Shown in pieces: positions 27,840 through 37,611 of a DNA stretch of 50,624 bases. A model generated the notes under the pieces. It had not been told where the DNA came from. It saw nothing but the letters and a program-made list of their open reading frames with translations, and did no database searches. Positions within the stretch are counted from its first letter, which is position 1. Each line of letters starts with the position of its first letter. A program made the position numbers and the translations under genes. Source of the stretch: an uncultured Polyangiaceae bacterium (GTDB lineage Bacteria; Myxococcota_A; Polyangia; Polyangiales; Polyangiaceae); the NCBI GenBank assembly GCA_964488865.1, contig CAZAWR010000074.1, positions 1 through 50,624 of the forward strand, given 5' to 3'.

Positions 27840-28541
27840 ATGGCCGTACCCACGACCCTCGACGCATTCTTGGAAGGGGCTCTCCTGCTCGAGCAGCCAG
27901 CGCCGGGCCACGGGTACCGGGTGAACGCGGACAGCATCTTGCTCGCGAGATTCGCCGCACGCGCCCGTCCCGCTCCCACGGTCGTAGACCTCGGCGCCGG
28001 CGTGGGGGCGGTCGCGCTCGCCCTGCACACCCTCGACGCGCGAGACGAGCTCATCCTCGTCGAAGGACAACCCGCTCTCGCCGAGCTTGCGCGAAAGAAC
28101 GTGCACCGAGCGGGGCTCGACGGGCGCAGCTGCGTGATCGAAGACGACGTGGCGGCCTGGTCGCAACGTGCCCCGTCCATCGATTGTGTGGTGGTCTCCA
28201 ATCCCCCTTACACGCCTCCGGGATCGGGACGACGGGCGGAGGAGCCCGTTCGCGACGCCGCACGGCACGGCTGCGTCATGCCCTTTCTCGAGGCCATGGG
28301 GCGGATCCTGTCCCGGGGCCGAAACGCCGCCTGTCTGTGCTACCCCGCTTCGAATCTGGTCGACCTCCTCGTTTCCGCAGAAAAGCACGAGCTGCAGGCG
28401 GTGCGTCTTTGCTTCGTTCACCCGGCCCCGGGTCTACCCGCTCGCATCGCACTGGTGGAGCTGCACCGCTCCCCCACAAGCCCCCTGGTGGTCGAGCCTC
28501 CCGCGTTGGAAGCCGCTTGCGAGAGGCCCGAGGACCGCTAA
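27840..28541 (+). CDS. Class I SAM-dependent N6-adenine methyltransferase (NPPY), tRNA m6A37 TrmN6/YfiC-like
   Basis: VVDLGAGVGAVAL and VVSNPPY. Confidence 0.65.
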   Translation: MAVPTTLDAFLEGALLLEQPAPGHGYRVNADSILLARFAARARPAPTVVDLGAGVGAVALALHTLDARDELILVEGQPALAELARKNVHRAGLDGRSCVIEDDVAAWSQRAPSIDCVVVSNPPYTPPGSGRRAEEPVRDAARHGCVMPFLEAMGRILSRGRNAACLCYPASNLVDLLVSAEKHELQAVRLCFVHPAPGLPARIALVELHRSPTSPLVVEPPALEAACERPEDR

Positions 28542-28558
28542 CATGCTTGCCCCAGGGG

Positions 28559-30229
28559 ATGATGGATCGCGGAACCCAAGCCTGCATCGATGACTCCTTG
28601 GCTCGCTGGTGCGCCGCCTACGCCCTCCTGATCACGTCGTGCTCGGTCGTGCTCGACACGGACGCCAAGCAATGCAGTCGTACCGAAGACTGCGCCGCGT
28701 TCGAGGGCACGCTGTGCATCGACAATGCCTGCGTCATCCCTGCCCCAGGCACGCCCGGGGAGTGCCGCAAGCACGCGGACTGTGCGAACCGCGGCGACGA
28801 CTGGATCTGCCGATCGCGCGACCGTGTGTGTGCCCCCCTGCGGAGCCCCGACTGCCAGGTCGTCTCTGGAAACTACCAGAGCGACAACGCGGTCTTCATC
28901 GGCTCGCTGCTCGAGACCGAGGGTGAGTTCGAGAGCACCGGACGTCCCGCTCAGAACGCGATCCAGCTCGCTTTGCAGGACCTGGATGGCGCGAACAAGG
29001 GGCTGCCCGCCATTCCCGGGGAAGAGGACCCGAGCCGGCGCCCCCTCGTGCTCGTCGGGTGCAACAGCGGTTCCGACCCGATCGCCGCCGCCCGCCACCT
29101 CGTCGAGCAGGTGCAAGTCCCCGCCATCATCGGCTCCTCCTTCAGCGGCGTCACCATCCAGATCGCCACCGAGGTCACCATCCCCGCGCAGGTCCTTCTC
29201 ATCTCCCCCTCCGCCACGAGCGCGGCCATCTCCCAGCTGCAAGACGATCAACTCGTCTGGCGAACCGCCCCCTCCGACAACATACAGGCCGTCGCCATTC
29301 AGCAACTCGTCCCTATCGTGGAAGACGACGCCCGCGCCGCGCTCGCGCTCGAGGAGCAGACCCCCATTCAGCTCGCCATCGCCCACAAGAGCGACTCCTA
29401 TGGGCGGGGCCTCGCCGACACCGTGGAGAAGCTCGTCACGTTCAACGGCACGTCCGCCGCTCAGAACAAGCAGAACTACCTCCGTGTCGACTACGGCGAC
29501 CCCGCGGTTCCCGCGACCATCGCCCTCGAGCAAGCCGTCGAGAGCCTCCTCGAGCAAGCCCCGCACATCATCCTGCTGTTCGGCACCACCGAAAGCATCA
29601 CCGACGTCCTGCGACCCATCGAACAACAGTGGGACTCAGCCAACCCCCACGCCGCCCATCGCCCTCGCTACGTCTTCGCCGACGGCGGCGTCGTCGACGA
29701 ACTCTGGACCTATGTTGGCCAGAACGACGGCCTGAGAAGGCGCATCCTGGGGACGATCCCAGGAACGAATCACGATACTGCCGGTAGCGTGTTCAGCTCG
29801 TTCAAGAGCCGTTATCTGTCCTCCATCAAGGACGGCACGAGCCCCGACGTGTTCGGCGCGGCAGGCGCCTACGATGCAGCCTACCTGCTGATGTTCGCGT
29901 TCGCGGTGATCGGTCCCCTGGAGCCGACGGGGCCGCACCTGGCCTCGGGCCTGAGCGCGTTGGTTCCCCCTGGGAGGACGGTCTCCCCCGGTTTCGGCGA
30001 GATCAACGACGTGTTCAAGGCTATCGCCGTCGGCGAATCGATCGACTACGACGGCGCCTCGGGCCCGCTCGACTTCGACTTGTCCACCGGGGAAGCTCGG
30101 TCCGACATCCAGGTCTGGTGCGTGCCGAAGGACGATCAGGGGACGGCCACGGTCGCCCAGAATTCCGGGCTGTACCTGGAGGCCACGTCGGGCACGCTCG
30201 TCGGAGCGATCAGCAACGTTTGTGACTGA
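28559..30229 (+). CDS. Lipoprotein; periplasmic type-1 (Leu/Ile/Val-binding-like) ligand-binding protein with an N-terminal Cys-rich segment
   Basis: Signal plus lipobox (LLITSC). PAIIGSSFSGVT and the overall PBP1 pattern are present. Confidence 0.55.
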   Translation: MMDRGTQACIDDSLARWCAAYALLITSCSVVLDTDAKQCSRTEDCAAFEGTLCIDNACVIPAPGTPGECRKHADCANRGDDWICRSRDRVCAPLRSPDCQVVSGNYQSDNAVFIGSLLETEGEFESTGRPAQNAIQLALQDLDGANKGLPAIPGEEDPSRRPLVLVGCNSGSDPIAAARHLVEQVQVPAIIGSSFSGVTIQIATEVTIPAQVLLISPSATSAAISQLQDDQLVWRTAPSDNIQAVAIQQLVPIVEDDARAALALEEQTPIQLAIAHKSDSYGRGLADTVEKLVTFNGTSAAQNKQNYLRVDYGDPAVPATIALEQAVESLLEQAPHIILLFGTTESITDVLRPIEQQWDSANPHAAHRPRYVFADGGVVDELWTYVGQNDGLRRRILGTIPGTNHDTAGSVFSSFKSRYLSSIKDGTSPDVFGAAGAYDAAYLLMFAFAVIGPLEPTGPHLASGLSALVPPGRTVSPGFGEINDVFKAIAVGESIDYDGASGPLDFDLSTGEARSDIQVWCVPKDDQGTATVAQNSGLYLEATSGTLVGAISNVCD

Positions 30230-30331
30230 CCCAGCCTAGTCCCAAACCAAGCACTGTTCGAAGAACGTGCTTGGGTTTGGGGCTATCCGAGCCGAAGTCG
30301 ATGCACCCATCGATTCGAGTGGAACGAAGCT

Positions 30332-31342
30332 CTAGAAACGTCCCACGACGCCGAGCGACCCGGGCCCCAGGTTCCACTGCACGCCGGAAGCCCTCTGCGG
30401 CTCCGCATCCCGATCCAGAGTCAAGTACAGCGAAATCCCACCCGCCACCACCGCGCCCACCCCCAACACATCCGTAGCCAGCGCCCATCGCTTCGCATCC
30501 GAGCTGGCGTCGTCCAACGCGTCTCTCCCCGCGTTCGGTGTTCCTCGCAGGTCCTGCAGGTCGGACGACGCCCGTAGGGCAAGAGCTCCCGTCGTGACCG
30601 CGCCCACCACCAGCAGCCCCGTCAGCGTCCACCCAACCCACGGCACGGACGTCTCTTCCGGCCCGACCGGCGCCGGAGGCAAGGCGGGCGCCGGCACCAC
30701 GGGCAACGCCACCGAAAGCGCGGTATTGGGCACCTCCGGTTCCATCGGCTGCGACTTCGCCCCATCGAACTGCAAGCGGAGCGTGACCTCCTCCGCTCCC
30801 GCCACATCCACCACGTGGACCACGGGCGCGTGCCCCTCGAACCGGGCCCTGACGCGGCGACGACCCGAGCTCACGAGGACAGGCGGCAGCGGCGTCACGC
30901 CCATCAACACGTCGTCGACGTACACCTCCACGCCGTCGTGCTCCGCGCTGATCGCGATGCGCGCCACGCGCGTGCGCAGCCTCTCCATGTCCCGCTCGAC
31001 CTCTTGTCGTCGTTCGGCGTCGATCCTGTCCGCCCCCTCGTGCAGGTAGCGTTCGAAGGAGCGTAGCGAACCGGCGTAGTCCTGCAGTTGAAACTGCACC
31101 TGGGCGATGTTGTAGAGAATGCGAAAGGAGGGGGCGAGCTCGTAGGCTCGCTGGAATTCCACGAGCGCCGCACGGAAGTCGTCCTCCGCATACAGCTCGA
31201 GACCACGACGGAAGCGCGCCTGAGCTTCCCCCATGGTCTCGCTCTGTTCGTCGTCTGCCACGTCCTGCCCCTGCGCAGGCGCCGCCACGCCCAGCACGAG
31301 CGCGACGCCGCACGGCCAGAGCCGTGCCCTCAGCGCGCCCAT
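30332..31342 (-). CDS. TPR-like / beta-rich single-pass membrane protein (STK partner; paralogue of 20051..21103)
   Basis: Same architecture as 20051..21103. Its start overlaps the stop of the kinase gene by 13 nt. Confidence 0.55.
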   Translation of the reverse strand: MGALRARLWPCGVALVLGVAAPAQGQDVADDEQSETMGEAQARFRRGLELYAEDDFRAALVEFQRAYELAPSFRILYNIAQVQFQLQDYAGSLRSFERYLHEGADRIDAERRQEVERDMERLRTRVARIAISAEHDGVEVYVDDVLMGVTPLPPVLVSSGRRRVRARFEGHAPVVHVVDVAGAEEVTLRLQFDGAKSQPMEPEVPNTALSVALPVVPAPALPPAPVGPEETSVPWVGWTLTGLLVVGAVTTGALALRASSDLQDLRGTPNAGRDALDDASSDAKRWALATDVLGVGAVVAGGISLYLTLDRDAEPQRASGVQWNLGPGSLGVVGRF

Positions 31343-32919
31343 GGGTCCTCCGAGTCGATCGGCCGCTTCGTCGATCCCGGCTTCGGACGCGTCGCCGCCG
31401 GCACCAGCACCCGCGTTGAAACCGGGGCAGGCGCGCTCGCGCTCGGCATGACCGCGAGCGTCATGTCGACGAACACGTCCGACTCGACGACAACCTCCCG
31501 GGTCTCCGGCACACGGCCCGGCGACTCCGCTCGAACCCTGAGGGTCGCCCCGTCCGCCACGAGCGTCCCCTCGTAGGGATTGGTCGAGACCTCGACGCCG
31601 TCGAGAAAAACCGTCGCCTCCGGCGGCTTCACCGAGATCCGAACCCGCACGCTCCCGAGATCAGCCGGCGCCGAAACGGACCTCTCTGCCATTGCGCCAG
31701 CCGCAGCGGGCACCGGCTCTCGCCCTGAACGGAACACCAGCACGAGGATGGCCGCCACCACCGCGGCCGACAGCACCACCAACGCCCCCGCCTTCCACGA
31801 CCTCCCAGTACCTCCTTCGTGATGCCGATCGGAGGCAACCATCGACCGCTCCGTCTGGGTCTGCTCGCCCTGTCCCTTCGGAGGGTGGTCCGAAGACGAC
31901 GCCGACAGATTCTCGACCTCCACGTCCACCTTCGCGTCACGGAGCCGGTGTAGCTGGCGCTCGATGATGGTCTGCATCAAGAGGCGATCGTCGGCAAACA
32001 GCGCCGCCACACGCGCCCCCAGGTCGTCCACGGACACCCTCATGCCGGCCGCCTCGACATAGCTCAGAAGATCCTGGTGCATCTCGAGCGCGTTCGCATA
32101 CCGGTCTTGCGACTCCACCGCGAGGGCCTTGTCGCAGATGCGCGCAAGCGGTTCCGCGACCTCGACACCCTCGTCGCGAATCCGTGGCACGGCGCCAGCC
32201 ATCAACCGCTCGGCGATCTCCGAAGACGGCGCGCCCTTCCACAGCCTCACTTCCGTCAGGAACTCCCATAGCAGGACCCCCACCGAGAACACGTCCGCCC
32301 GACGGTCGACGTCGCCTCCCAGGGCTTGCTCCGGTGACATGTAGGCGAGCTTCCCCTTCATGACGCCCGCACTCGTCTCCGTCGAGGAGTCGAGCGCCTT
32401 CGCCACACCGAAGTCCATCACCTTCACGTCGCCGCCGTAGGTCACGAAGACGTTGTGCGGGGACACGTCGCGGTGCACGACGTGCAAGAGGGTGCCGTCA
32501 TAGTCGCAAAGCTCGTGGGCATGGTGCAATCCTTGAAGCACCTTGAGCACCACGTGGAGACGCATGTCCAGCCCGAACCGGGACTTCGCACGCTGGATGA
32601 TTCTCCGAAGCGGTTGCCCCTCGAGATACTCCATCGCGATGTAGTACCTGCCAGCGTCTTGCCCCACCTCGTGCGTGGAGACGACGTTGCGGTGGCTGAG
32701 CCGCGCCGCGAGCCTGGCTTCGTCCAGGAACATCGCCAAGAACTCTTCGTCCTCGGCGAGGTTCGGCCGAAGCTGCTTGATCACGTGCAGCTTGTGGAAC
32801 CCTCCCATGCCCTTCGCGACGGCAAGGAAGACGTCGGACATACCCCCGTGGCCAAGCTCAGCAATGAGCCTGTACTTGCCAAGGGTGATGGCAGCCGGGC
32901 TTCCGAAGGACACCGCCAC
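31330..32919 (-). CDS. Ser/Thr protein kinase with a transmembrane helix and a C-terminal beta-rich extracytoplasmic domain
   Basis: HRDVSPHN, DFGVAK and SPEQ. Confidence 0.85.
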   Translation of the reverse strand: MAVSFGSPAAITLGKYRLIAELGHGGMSDVFLAVAKGMGGFHKLHVIKQLRPNLAEDEEFLAMFLDEARLAARLSHRNVVSTHEVGQDAGRYYIAMEYLEGQPLRRIIQRAKSRFGLDMRLHVVLKVLQGLHHAHELCDYDGTLLHVVHRDVSPHNVFVTYGGDVKVMDFGVAKALDSSTETSAGVMKGKLAYMSPEQALGGDVDRRADVFSVGVLLWEFLTEVRLWKGAPSSEIAERLMAGAVPRIRDEGVEVAEPLARICDKALAVESQDRYANALEMHQDLLSYVEAAGMRVSVDDLGARVAALFADDRLLMQTIIERQLHRLRDAKVDVEVENLSASSSDHPPKGQGEQTQTERSMVASDRHHEGGTGRSWKAGALVVLSAAVVAAILVLVFRSGREPVPAAAGAMAERSVSAPADLGSVRVRISVKPPEATVFLDGVEVSTNPYEGTLVADGATLRVRAESPGRVPETREVVVESDVFVDMTLAVMPSASAPAPVSTRVLVPAATRPKPGSTKRPIDSEDPWAR

Positions 32920-33017
32920 GCAGCAACACTTTCTCCAGAGAGAATTCCGAAGGAGAGCCTACTGCGGAAGAGGCGCGGGCCGCAACGCGTCGACCGAGGA
33001 TTCAGGCTTTCCGAAAG

Positions 33018-33602
33018 CTACGGTTGTTCGACGGACACGGGACGCTCTCCCACGAGGCGGTCCAAGGTGATGGCGCAGGCGGCGCGTACACTCAGGTGGT
33101 TGAAGCCTGTTTCCGTGGCGGAACGAATGGGCTCGATGCGAACGTCCGATTCGTCGACCAGGCCGGCAGCAAGCCCCCAGCCTGTCCCGAACAGCACCAT
33201 CACGGGCGGCCCGTCTCCCCAGATGCGCTCACGGGCCTGCTCGTACGTACAAGACAACCCCGGACCACGGCGCGCACTCGTGGTCCACACCTCGATCGCG
33301 TCCCGCCCCCCAAGCTCGTCGTACGCCTCGCGCAAACCCGACACGACCCGAAGCAATCTCATCGGCGGCGCACGGTCCGGGATCCGCCGCTGGCCGGAAC
33401 CGTGCAACCAGTGATCCCGCACCCGCTCGGCCAGCTGACGCTGCGCTGCCACGGGATGAACGACGAACATGTCGCTCAGACCGTAGGTTCGCGCACTTCG
33501 CGCCATGTCGTGCAAGTCCAGGTTGGTGATCGCCGTGGTGATCACCGCGCCCTGACGGTCGAGGACGGGGTGGTGAACCAGCGCCAGGCACAGGCGACGC
33601 AT
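33018..33602 (-). CDS. SPOUT-family (TrmH/SpoU-like) RNA methyltransferase
   Basis: NLDLHDMARSARTYG, LFGTGWG and NHLSVRAACAITLDRL resemble SPOUT motifs 1-3. It occupies the position after trmD where rplS usually sits. Confidence 0.5.
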   Translation of the reverse strand: MRRLCLALVHHPVLDRQGAVITTAITNLDLHDMARSARTYGLSDMFVVHPVAAQRQLAERVRDHWLHGSGQRRIPDRAPPMRLLRVVSGLREAYDELGGRDAIEVWTTSARRGPGLSCTYEQARERIWGDGPPVMVLFGTGWGLAAGLVDESDVRIEPIRSATETGFNHLSVRAACAITLDRLVGERPVSVEQP

Positions 33603-34330
33603 CAGCGTGGCCGCTCTTTCTTGGGCACGGGGGGTTCTTCCGCGGGGAGCAGGTCCGGTCGCTTGGCCCGGGTGCGCTCGATCGAACGCGCCTTGCGCCA
33701 GGCCGCGATGCGAGCATGATCTCCGCTCATCAGGATGGGGTCCACGCTCTGTCCCCGGAATTCCGCGGGCCTCGTGTAGTGCGGGTACTCGAGCAGGCCC
33801 GCGTTGCCGGCACTGTGAGATTCCTCCGAGACCGACGCGTAGTTGCCGAGCACGCCAGGCACGAGCCGCACGGCCGCCTCGAGCACCGCCATGGCAGCCA
33901 CCTCGCCCCCGCTCAGGACGAAGTCACCGAGGGAAAGCTCCTCGTCAACGTAAGAGCGGACACGCTCGTCAAAGCCTTCGTAGCGGCCACAGATGAGCAT
34001 GATGGCGTCCAGTTGCGAGAGCCGCTGGGCGACGGGCTGACGGAACGGCTGTCCCTGAGGGGATAGGAGGATCCGATGCGCACGCACGCCGGCTGGAGCG
34101 TCCGCATCGAGGGCCTCCATGGCTTGCACCACGCAATCCACGCGCAGGACCATGCCCGACCCGCCGCCGTAGGGCGTGTCATCCACACTGCGGTGCACCC
34201 CGAGACCGAACTCCCGCGGGGAGCGAAACCGCGTGGTGAGAAGCCCCTGCGCGCAGGCCTTGCCGACGAAGCTCACACCGAGGAAGGGTTCGAACAGCTC
34301 GGGAAAGAGCGTGACGATGTCCACACGCAT
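33602..34330 (-). CDS. trmD: tRNA (guanine37-N1)-methyltransferase
   Basis: MRVDIVTLFPE, GGSGMV and LICGRYEGFDERV. Confidence 0.9.
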   Translation of the reverse strand: MRVDIVTLFPELFEPFLGVSFVGKACAQGLLTTRFRSPREFGLGVHRSVDDTPYGGGSGMVLRVDCVVQAMEALDADAPAGVRAHRILLSPQGQPFRQPVAQRLSQLDAIMLICGRYEGFDERVRSYVDEELSLGDFVLSGGEVAAMAVLEAAVRLVPGVLGNYASVSEESHSAGNAGLLEYPHYTRPAEFRGQSVDPILMSGDHARIAAWRKARSIERTRAKRPDLLPAEEPPVPKKERPR

Positions 34331-34335
34331 GGCGA

Positions 34336-34905
34336 TCAGCCAGCCTCGAAGTCGTCCACACCTTCGACCGTGACGATCTTCTGGACGGTGTCGATGTCGC
34401 GAACGAAGTCGTCGACGAGGGGGATCTCGTAGCGCGCCGCGCCCTGCACGATGAGAACGTCCGTGGTGGGATAGGAAACGTAGTCCACGACTTCGCCGAG
34501 GACCCGGCCATCCGGCTGCACGACCTTGGCGCCCAGGATGTCGTGCACGTAGAACTCGCCATCCTCCGCTTCGGGCAGGATCCCTCGGGGAACGAGGAGA
34601 CCCGCGCCACGCAAGGCATCCGCCTCGGAACGCGTCGTCACGCCATCGAACGCCATCAGCGCGAAGCCATCGGCGGCGGCACGCACGCTGCGAACGGCCA
34701 TGACGCGCCCTTCGTCCTCGCCCTTGCGGACGAAGACCTCGGCGACGTCAAGCAGGATCTCGCTGTCGGGATTGTGAAGCTTGATCCTAAGCTCGCCGCG
34801 AATGCCGTGCGGCCTGGCCACACAACCCACCTCGACCCAGTCGGTCGGCTCACCATGTTGCACGGAAGCCTCCGCCAGAGAGGAATCGGAAGACGTGTTC
34901 GCCAT
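34336..34905 (-). CDS. rimM: 16S rRNA processing protein RimM
   Basis: GRVARPHGIRGELRI and PRC-barrel motifs, in the conserved position. Confidence 0.85.
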   Translation of the reverse strand: MANTSSDSSLAEASVQHGEPTDWVEVGCVARPHGIRGELRIKLHNPDSEILLDVAEVFVRKGEDEGRVMAVRSVRAAADGFALMAFDGVTTRSEADALRGAGLLVPRGILPEAEDGEFYVHDILGAKVVQPDGRVLGEVVDYVSYPTTDVLIVQGAARYEIPLVDDFVRDIDTVQKIVTVEGVDDFEAG

Positions 34906-34913
34906 CCGTACCG

Positions 34914-35150
34914 TCAGTCGATGATGTCGAGGTGAGCACGACGGCCCACCTTGCTGGAAGCCGCGGTCAGAAGCGTGCGCATGGACTGCGCCGTGCGTCC
35001 GTCGCGACCGATCACCTTGCCAAGGTCCTCCCGCGCAACCCGAAGCTCGATGATGGTGTTGTGGTCGCCGTCAATCTCGGCCACTTCCACCTCGTCGGGG
35101 TACTCGACCAGGGACCGGGCAATCGTTTCGATCAAGGTCCGTAGAGCCAT
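34914..35150 (-). CDS. KH-domain RNA-binding protein (UPF0109/YlqC)
   Basis: GKVIGRDGRTAQSMR. Confidence 0.8.
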   Translation of the reverse strand: MALRTLIETIARSLVEYPDEVEVAEIDGDHNTIIELRVAREDLGKVIGRDGRTAQSMRTLLTAASSKVGRRAHLDIID

Positions 35151-35181
35151 CGGGGACTCGAAGAGGAACCCGCGGTCGGGA

Positions 35182-35436
35182 TCAGCTCTCGCTCGCGGCC
35201 GGGGGAGCGGTCTTGATGAGACGGTCGACCGTGTGAGAGAGCTGCGCGCCGTTGCTCACCCAGTAGGCGAGGCGCACGCGGTCCAGTTGGATCGCGCCCG
35301 ACGCGTCGAGGGGGTTGAACGTCCCGAGCTTCTCGATGAAACGGCCATCGCGGCGATTGCGCTGGTCGGCAACGATGATGCGGTAGAAGGGCTTCTTCTT
35401 GGTGCCTTGACGAGTGAGTCGAATGTGAACAGCCAT
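35182..35436 (-). CDS. rpsP: 30S ribosomal protein S16
   Basis: MAVHIRLTRQGTKKKPFYRIIVAD. Confidence 0.95.
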   Translation of the reverse strand: MAVHIRLTRQGTKKKPFYRIIVADQRNRRDGRFIEKLGTFNPLDASGAIQLDRVRLAYWVSNGAQLSHTVDRLIKTAPPAASES

Positions 35437-35594
35437 CTGTCGTCCTGTCGTGTCCCGAAAGCGGGAACAAGCTTCCTAGCACAAGTGGGGCGTCATGCAC
35501 GCCACCCGGAACTCGGGGGCGCGGAAAGTAGCCACCGAAAGGGGTTCAGGTCAACCCCTTCCGAGAAAAAAAGGGTGCATGGAGGTCGGAGCTC

Positions 35595-35879
35595 TCAAGG
35601 CGCGGTCGGGGCGGCTTCGACCAAGACGGCATCCTCGGGCTGCTTGGCCCCCACCGTCACGACCACCCGAACGTTCGGGTCGATGGCGCGAGCCGCCGGT
35701 TCGATGAGGGTCCGAATCGTAAGGGAAGCGCCCGGACACCCCGAACAGCTACCACCCAGGTGCAACGTAAGCTGCCCTTCTGTCACGGACACGAGATATA
35801 GCTTCCCGTCGTCCGCCTCGATCAAGGGGCGCAGCACGTCACGACACAAAGCTAGAAAACGCTGTCGGGCAGCATCCAT
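35595..35879 (-). CDS. NifU-like (Nfu) Fe-S cluster scaffold-domain protein
   Basis: LHLGGSCSGCPGASLT. Confidence 0.65.
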   Translation of the reverse strand: MDAARQRFLALCRDVLRPLIEADDGKLYLVSVTEGQLTLHLGGSCSGCPGASLTIRTLIEPAARAIDPNVRVVVTVGAKQPEDAVLVEAAPTAP

Positions 35880-35936
35880 GGAGGGACCCAGGCTACCACA
35901 GGGCGCGCATCTGTCGAGATGCGACCACGGGAGCGC

Positions 35937-36800
35937 TCACTTCTTCTTCTTGGGGTCCTTCTCTTCCTCTGGACCCGGGGCCGCAGAAGGCGGCCGGATC
36001 AGCGCCTCGACGTCTGGGTCGACACCGCCCACTTCCGCGGGCTTGTTCGTGCGCATCGACGCGAGGTTCGACAGCGTGGCGCGGTCCTCGTAGACGACCC
36101 CGACGATCTGCAGGCCGGACCGGTCCAACACGCGCAGGTGCGTGCGCGGGTCCTGCCAGTCCACTTCCATGTAGTTCCTGTTGATCGCGTAGTCGGGCTG
36201 GGTCACACGCCCCACCACGCCGTAGCGCGTCGCCAGCCGCTTCACCGCTTCCTCGTAGCTCGGCCCCAGCGGCCTCTTCTCCCCGAGCGGTACCTCGTCA
36301 TAGATCTTCCACAGCTTGTCCTGGATGAAGAAGAAGTACCGCGTACCCGCCCCGCGACGGTTCATGTGCATCATCGCTTCGGCGTTCTGGTACGTGTACT
36401 CCCCCTTCAGAGGCGTGGAGTCGACGCCCGTGGGGAGGTTGCCGAAGTCCACCTTGCTGCGCCGGAACGCCGCCTTGGTGTTCGCTACCGCAGCGTCGAG
36501 ACGCGAGGTCTGAGGCCCGGCTTGGGCCTTGCGGTACAGCGGAGCGTAGTCGCGATCGATGACCCGCTCGTAGAACTGGATGAGCTGGTTCGGCGACATT
36601 CCCCAGTGCAACCCCGCCGGTCGGATTTCGATGCCCTCCCGGTTCTTCACCGTGGGCGGATCCACAGGCGCGGCAGGCGCGGCAGGAACCGCTGCCCCCT
36701 TCTTCTTCTGGGCGAACGCGTCGTCAGCCGCCACCATGCCAGCTGTGGCCACACCCAACCCCAGGACGGCACACAATCCCAATCTCGCCAATCGCTTCAT
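35937..36800 (-). CDS. Secreted hypothetical protein (signal peptide; Lys-rich termini)
   Basis: MKRLARLGLCAVLGLGVATAGMVAA. Confidence 0.45.
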   Translation of the reverse strand: MKRLARLGLCAVLGLGVATAGMVAADDAFAQKKKGAAVPAAPAAPVDPPTVKNREGIEIRPAGLHWGMSPNQLIQFYERVIDRDYAPLYRKAQAGPQTSRLDAAVANTKAAFRRSKVDFGNLPTGVDSTPLKGEYTYQNAEAMMHMNRRGAGTRYFFFIQDKLWKIYDEVPLGEKRPLGPSYEEAVKRLATRYGVVGRVTQPDYAINRNYMEVDWQDPRTHLRVLDRSGLQIVGVVYEDRATLSNLASMRTNKPAEVGGVDPDVEALIRPPSAAPGPEEEKDPKKKK

Positions 36801-37002
36801 CGTGGTCTCCTATGACAAGGCCGTGACGCAACCATCACACAACGGTTCGCCGACTGCGGGTCGCAGGCTAGCACCGCAGCCGGAATTTGCTCAAGGAACG
36901 ATTGTTAGACGGCACACCCCCGCACCTCATGGAAGCCCCACGGACACTTTTTTCGTTCGCCCGCGTTCAGGCCCAGTGCTACCAGACCGAATCAGCCTCA
37001 CC

Positions 37003-37566
37003 ATGCTCAATCGCTTCCGCTTTGCGACAGTAATCCTCGTTTTTCAAGGTCTAGCCACCCTCGCCGCCCCCGGGTGCTCCCGTTCCAAACCCGCCGATGC
37101 CGCTCGCGCCGTCACCCCCTGGGAAGGACGCCTGCAGAGCCTGTTCGACGACAGCATCGATCCTGCCAGCCTCGGCCTCGCCTCCACGTCCACCGACCCC
37201 AAGGACGCCAACGTCGCACGGGGACAAGCCGCTCACTTCGTCGTTCGCGCTCGCGCCTCCACCGTCACGGTCGAAGGGCAAGGAAACAAGAAGCGCTACG
37301 TGGTGACCCTGCGCGTCGTCGGAGACCCGATTGTCGGCGCCCGCCCCCCCAGTGACACCATTCAGATCGCCATCGGTTACGGCAGCCCCTCCTTCGGCCC
37401 CGCCCAGTCCAAGGACCTCCTGCTCGCAGGCACCCCGTTCATCGCCTTTCTCCGGGAATTCGAGGCGAATGATGGCCCCATCTTGCACTGGCACCTCGCG
37501 CGCGACGCCCAAGACGTTGTCGACGCCGCTCGCGAGGGCGCCGTTCTCAAGTCCTCGACCGACTGA
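37003..37566 (+). CDS. Secreted protein or lipoprotein (hypothetical)
   Basis: Signal MLNRFRFATVILVFQGLATLAAPGC. The upstream 423 nt of the ORF are rejected. Confidence 0.4.
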   Translation: MLNRFRFATVILVFQGLATLAAPGCSRSKPADAARAVTPWEGRLQSLFDDSIDPASLGLASTSTDPKDANVARGQAAHFVVRARASTVTVEGQGNKKRYVVTLRVVGDPIVGARPPSDTIQIAIGYGSPSFGPAQSKDLLLAGTPFIAFLREFEANDGPILHWHLARDAQDVVDAAREGAVLKSSTD

Positions 37567-37611
37567 CGACTTGACGAGCACACCGCTCCCCCCCTATTCC
37601 CCCCGTACCCC

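Noticed and set aside
35437-35594. Possible SRP RNA or terminator between nfu and rpsP
   Set aside because: GGGGTTCAGGTCAACCCC is flanked by A7/T3, but no 4.5S domain-IV consensus (GGAAGGAAGCAGCC) is present. It is at most a weak hairpin and is not called.
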